Source: Balamuthia mandrillaris (taxonomy: Eukaryota). From it: a DNA stretch of 64,000 nt. Numbering within the stretch: the first letter of the stretch is position 1; every line of letters begins with the position of its first letter. Below the pieces are notes generated by a model, which worked only from the letters and a program-made list of their open reading frames with translations, did no database searches and was not told where the DNA came from. Location: contig JAVKOQ020000011.1 in NCBI GenBank assembly GCA_031835245.2, positions 186,001 through 250,000 on the forward strand, read 5' to 3'. Both the position numbers and the translations under genes were made by a program. Below, one piece after another: positions 60,433 to 64,000 of the stretch.

Positions 60433-62513
60433 ATGGACGGTGGAGGTGCTGGCGGCAAGGTGAACGCTGTTATTTTGGTGGGTGGACCCAGCAAGGGCAC
60501 TCGTTTCAGGCCTCTCTCTTTGGACAACTTTCCAAAGCCCTTGTTCCCCATTGCTGGCAAGGAGATGATCTACCACCACATCAATGCTTGCTGCTCGTTC
60601 GTAGATCTTTGTTCTATTTTTTTTTCCTTCTGATAGAAAATAATCGAAAGAGAAAAGACAATCACTTTTGTGGTATTTTTTGTACTTACTTTCATGCTAT
60701 TTGATTGACACAGCGTGCCAGGCATACAAGAGATCATGTTGCTTGGCTTTGGTGACCAAACCGACTTTGAGGGTTTCATGCAAAGAACTGAGGCTGAATT
60801 CGGTGTGAAGATCAGGTAACACTTTTTTTTTCTTCTTGCTTTTTGGCATGTAACAAACGTTTTCTTGCCTTTCGTAAGGTATTTGCAAGAAACAACTGAG
60901 TTGGGAACAGCAGGGGGTCTTCACAAGTTCAAAGAGGAGATCCTCACCGGTCAACCTGATGCAGTGTTCGTGCTGCACTGCGACATTGCTTGCTCCTTCC
61001 CGTTGAAGGACATGTTGGCCTTCCACAGAGAAAAGGCTGCTGAATTGGGAGCTATCGGCACTCTTATGGCCTCGCAGGTGCGTCTTCATCATCTTCTTGT
61101 TATTCTTCTTGTTCTTCTTCTTCTTCTTCTTCTTCTTCTTCTTCTTGTTCTTCTTGTTCTTCTTCTTCTTCTTCTTCTTCTTCTTCTTCTTCTTGTTCTT
61201 GTTCTTGTTCTTCTTGTTCTTCTTCTTCTTCAATTTCACTTTCTTTATCTTTATATTCTCTCTCCTTTCATTTTTTCTAATTTTTGTTTTTCATTACAGG
61301 TGAAAAAAGAGGACGCACATCATTATGGCTGTTTGGTGGAGGATGAGAAGCACCGGCTGCGCCACTATGCAGAGAAGCCTGCCACCTTTGTCAGCGACCT
61401 CATCAACAGCGGCGTCTATTGCTTCTCTCCCTCTGTTTGGGATTTCATCGACGAGGTCACTGCCAATTTGCAAAAAGAGGATAAGCTTAACCCTGTTCCT
61501 CTTCGTACTTCCATGTAAGTCTTTGTTTCTTCGCTGTATATTTTCTTCTTGCTTCTTGTGCTGATAAAACTTTTCGGAAGTAACGAGGTAATGAATCGTG
61601 GAAAGAAAGGAGATGTGGTACGCTTGGAGCAGGATGTATTGATTCCTCTTTCTGAGAAGAAGCAGCTGATGGTATTCCGCAATCCTGGCTTCTGGAGACA
61701 AGTCAAACATGCTGGGTACCCTTCTTCTTAGTTCTTCTCCTTGTCTTTTGTTTCGAACCCAATTTAACTCTTTCTTTTGAATAATTATTAATGTGTAGAT
61801 CGGTTGTGTATTGCAATGAACTGTACTTGAATCTTTATGCTAAGCAAAACAAGGAATTGCTGGCAGACCAAAGCCTACCTTTTATTCGCGGCAACGTTAT
61901 CATCCATCCTGAAGCTCAAGTGGATGAAACCGCACTTGTACGATATCGTTCTTTGTTTCTTTGTTTCATTTCTGCGTTTCTATCCTCCTTTTAACTAAAG
62001 TTCTTTCTGCTGATCGTTGGTAACAGATTGGGCCGAACGTAACTATTGGGAAAGGAGTTGTTGTTGGTAAAGGTGTGCGCATTATGAACTCCATCATTCT
62101 TGATAACTCTCACATCAAAGTACAATCCTCCTTTCTTTCTTCTTCGCTATTTTTTCCCTTTCTTCTCTTGTCTGTTCACGAAAGCTCAAACAATGCAATA
62201 CAAAAGGACCACGCGTGTATATTGTACAGCATTATCAGCTTCAACTGTACCGTTGGTTATTGGTCGCGTTTGGAGGGAGTCTACAATCCCTCTCCTGATA
62301 CCCACGTCAATGGCAAACGTCAAGGCATTTGCATCGTTGGTTCGTTCTCTCTCTCTCATCCGCTTGTTCTTTCTGGTGTATTTTTATTCACTCGAAAACA
62401 AAACAAAAATAGGACGAGGATCGACTGTCGCACCAGAAATCATCATTCGCAACTGCATCGTGATGCCTCACAAAGACCTCAGAGAAAGTCAATCTGATGA
62501 AATCGTTCTCTAA
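60433..62513 (+). CDS. GMPPA: Mannose-1-phosphate guanylyltransferase alpha (regulatory) subunit, ~9 exons
   Basis: [89 protein letters not shown]. Confidence 0.94.
61090..61230 (+). repeat. (CTT)n/(GTT) microsatellite in a GMPPA intron
   Basis: Directly visible. Confidence 0.9.
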
Positions 62514-62583
62514 ACTTTTTCTTTTTTAAAAAAAGATTCTGTTGTTGTTATGTCTTTTTTTTTTCTTTTTCTTCCTTACTTTC

Positions 62584-64000
62584 TCAAACAACAGTGTGTT
62601 CTCTTAAGGAGCGAGCAAGTTCTTCTGCATCGAGGTTTCTTCCTATAAACACCATCTTAATGCACCTCTTTTCTGCTTCTTTCCAAAACATATCTTCACA
62701 GGGCCACAACTCGAACAAACTATGAACCGCTTGCAGGGCATACTTTCTTCGATCGCCTTTGATGGCCAACACTCCTTTCACTCGAAATATCTCTGGTCGT
62801 ATTCTTTCTTCTTCTTTTTCGGTTTGTTGTTGACGGTGATCCTCGTCTTCCTCCCAAAGCAGATCGCCGAGCCACAATCTCGCCTTCTCATAGTCTGCTT
62901 CTCCTTCCACTGTTACATTCACTGTTTTCACAGTATCATCATGTAAATGGTGGTGATGATGTTGGTGCTCATCTTCTCCTTCCTTCGAAGAACAGCCACA
63001 ACAACTTTCTTCTCCTCCTCCTTCTGTTCCTTTCTTGTGCGATGAGGATGAAGAAGGAGGAGCAAGCAATGGGTCGACTTCTAAAGCACGATCCAAGTCG
63101 AAGGCACGAATGTCGAGAATGTCATTTAAGTCCACCCGAGCTCGTTCCGTCATGATCATCCTCGCATAGGCATTATGCTGCTTGATCCTTTCCATCAACC
63201 TCTTTGCCGCCTCCTCTCCTCCTTCATTCAACAACAAGTCCTTCTTGTTCAACACGATCCGATCCGCAAAGGCAACTTGCCGCTGTGCCTCGTTCACCAC
63301 TTTCTTCTCGTTCTTCTCACTCTTCTTCTCATCTTCCAAGTGACGGAGAAAATGCTTGGCATCGACAATGGTGACGATGCCGTCCAAATAGAGCTGACTC
63401 TCCAGCTCGTCGTCCATCCAGAAGGTGGCGGCCAAGGGGCCAGGGTCCGCAAGCCCTGATGTCTCGATCAGTATGTAGTCGAAGCGTTGTTTGCGTTCCA
63501 TCAGGTTCTCCAAAGTCAACACCAAATCTCCTCTATGTAGAGAGAAAATGGGAACAACGAGAAGGATGAGAGAGAAGAAGGAGGGAAGAAACAAGAGAGA
63601 ACCAACCGGACGGAACAGCAGATGCAGCCGTTGGGAAGTTCAAAGTATTCGGTGGACCGGGTGCCGTCCGCCCCAAACACGGTGGCTCGATCCGCTCCCG
63701 TTTCTGTTCAAGTGTTTCAGAGGGTGTGAGTGAAGAGCAAGAGAGGAAAGAGTAGTGCGAAACGAACAAAAAAAAAAGCCACACACATACCAATGCCAAA
63801 TTCGTTTTGGATGACAGCGATGCGTTTACCGTGTTTCTCTGTTAGGACGTACTTCAAGAAGGTGGTCTGCAGTGTCGAAAATAAGAAGACGGAGAGAGGT
63901 GAGCGCTTTCCACAAAACAAAAGTTCAGCAACATCAAAAACGACAAAAGCTGCCAGACCTTGCCTGCACCCAAAAAGCCAGTAATGATGGTGACGGGCAC
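62584..64000 (-). CDS. ZNG1: COG0523 / CobW-family zinc metallochaperone GTPase (5' end outside window)
   Basis: VPVTIITGFLGAGK|TT, IAVIQNEFG, NGCICCSV, YILIETSGLADP, QVAFADRIVLNKKDL, His-rich linker, FRVKG, MVFIGRNLD. Confidence 0.93.

Noticed and set aside
1..64000. Alternative genetic code or stop readthrough
   Set aside because: TAA, TAG and TGA all terminate conserved genes at expected positions, and in-frame stops are explained by introns.

Overview
Gene-dense, intron-rich eukaryotic DNA in the standard genetic code. Short introns, abundant (CT)n/(AAG)n microsatellites, WARxNGCPW ankyrin-repeat genes and a minor-spliceosome intron suggest an amoebozoan such as an Acanthamoeba/Balamuthia relative; the taxon is inferred, not proven. 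About 26 protein-coding genes can be assembled by hand across introns: a cyclase-tail fragment, RPS10, UXS1, an F-box/ankyrin gene, C9orf72, DNAJC11, a Zn-motif protein, a divergent bacterial-type phosphoribosyltransferase + alpha/beta-hydrolase pair, a SAP/zinc-finger protein, a CaaX protein, ASPSCR1/TUG, INTS11, KYNU, a LYR protein, a hypothetical gene, a mitochondrial carrier, THADA, DUS3, PTS, NBR1, a histidine phosphatase fusion, a RasGEF, an F-box/WD40-CaaX protein, GMPPA and partial CobW/ZNG1. Most notable: (1) the head-to-head PRTase/hydrolase pair mirrors a bacterial Rv0571c-type fusion; (2) an AT-AC U12 intron in the RasGEF; (3) an 11-bp motif TTCRYGTCGWC found 8 times, all in three divergent promoters; (4) twin isolated Pol III B-boxes between two tRNA-modification genes; (5) unusual intron architecture with 5'/central pyrimidine tracts, A-rich 3' ends and frequent AAG acceptors. 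No tRNA, rRNA, CRISPR or transposase was recognised. Multi-exon CDS coordinates are outer bounds from manual splicing.
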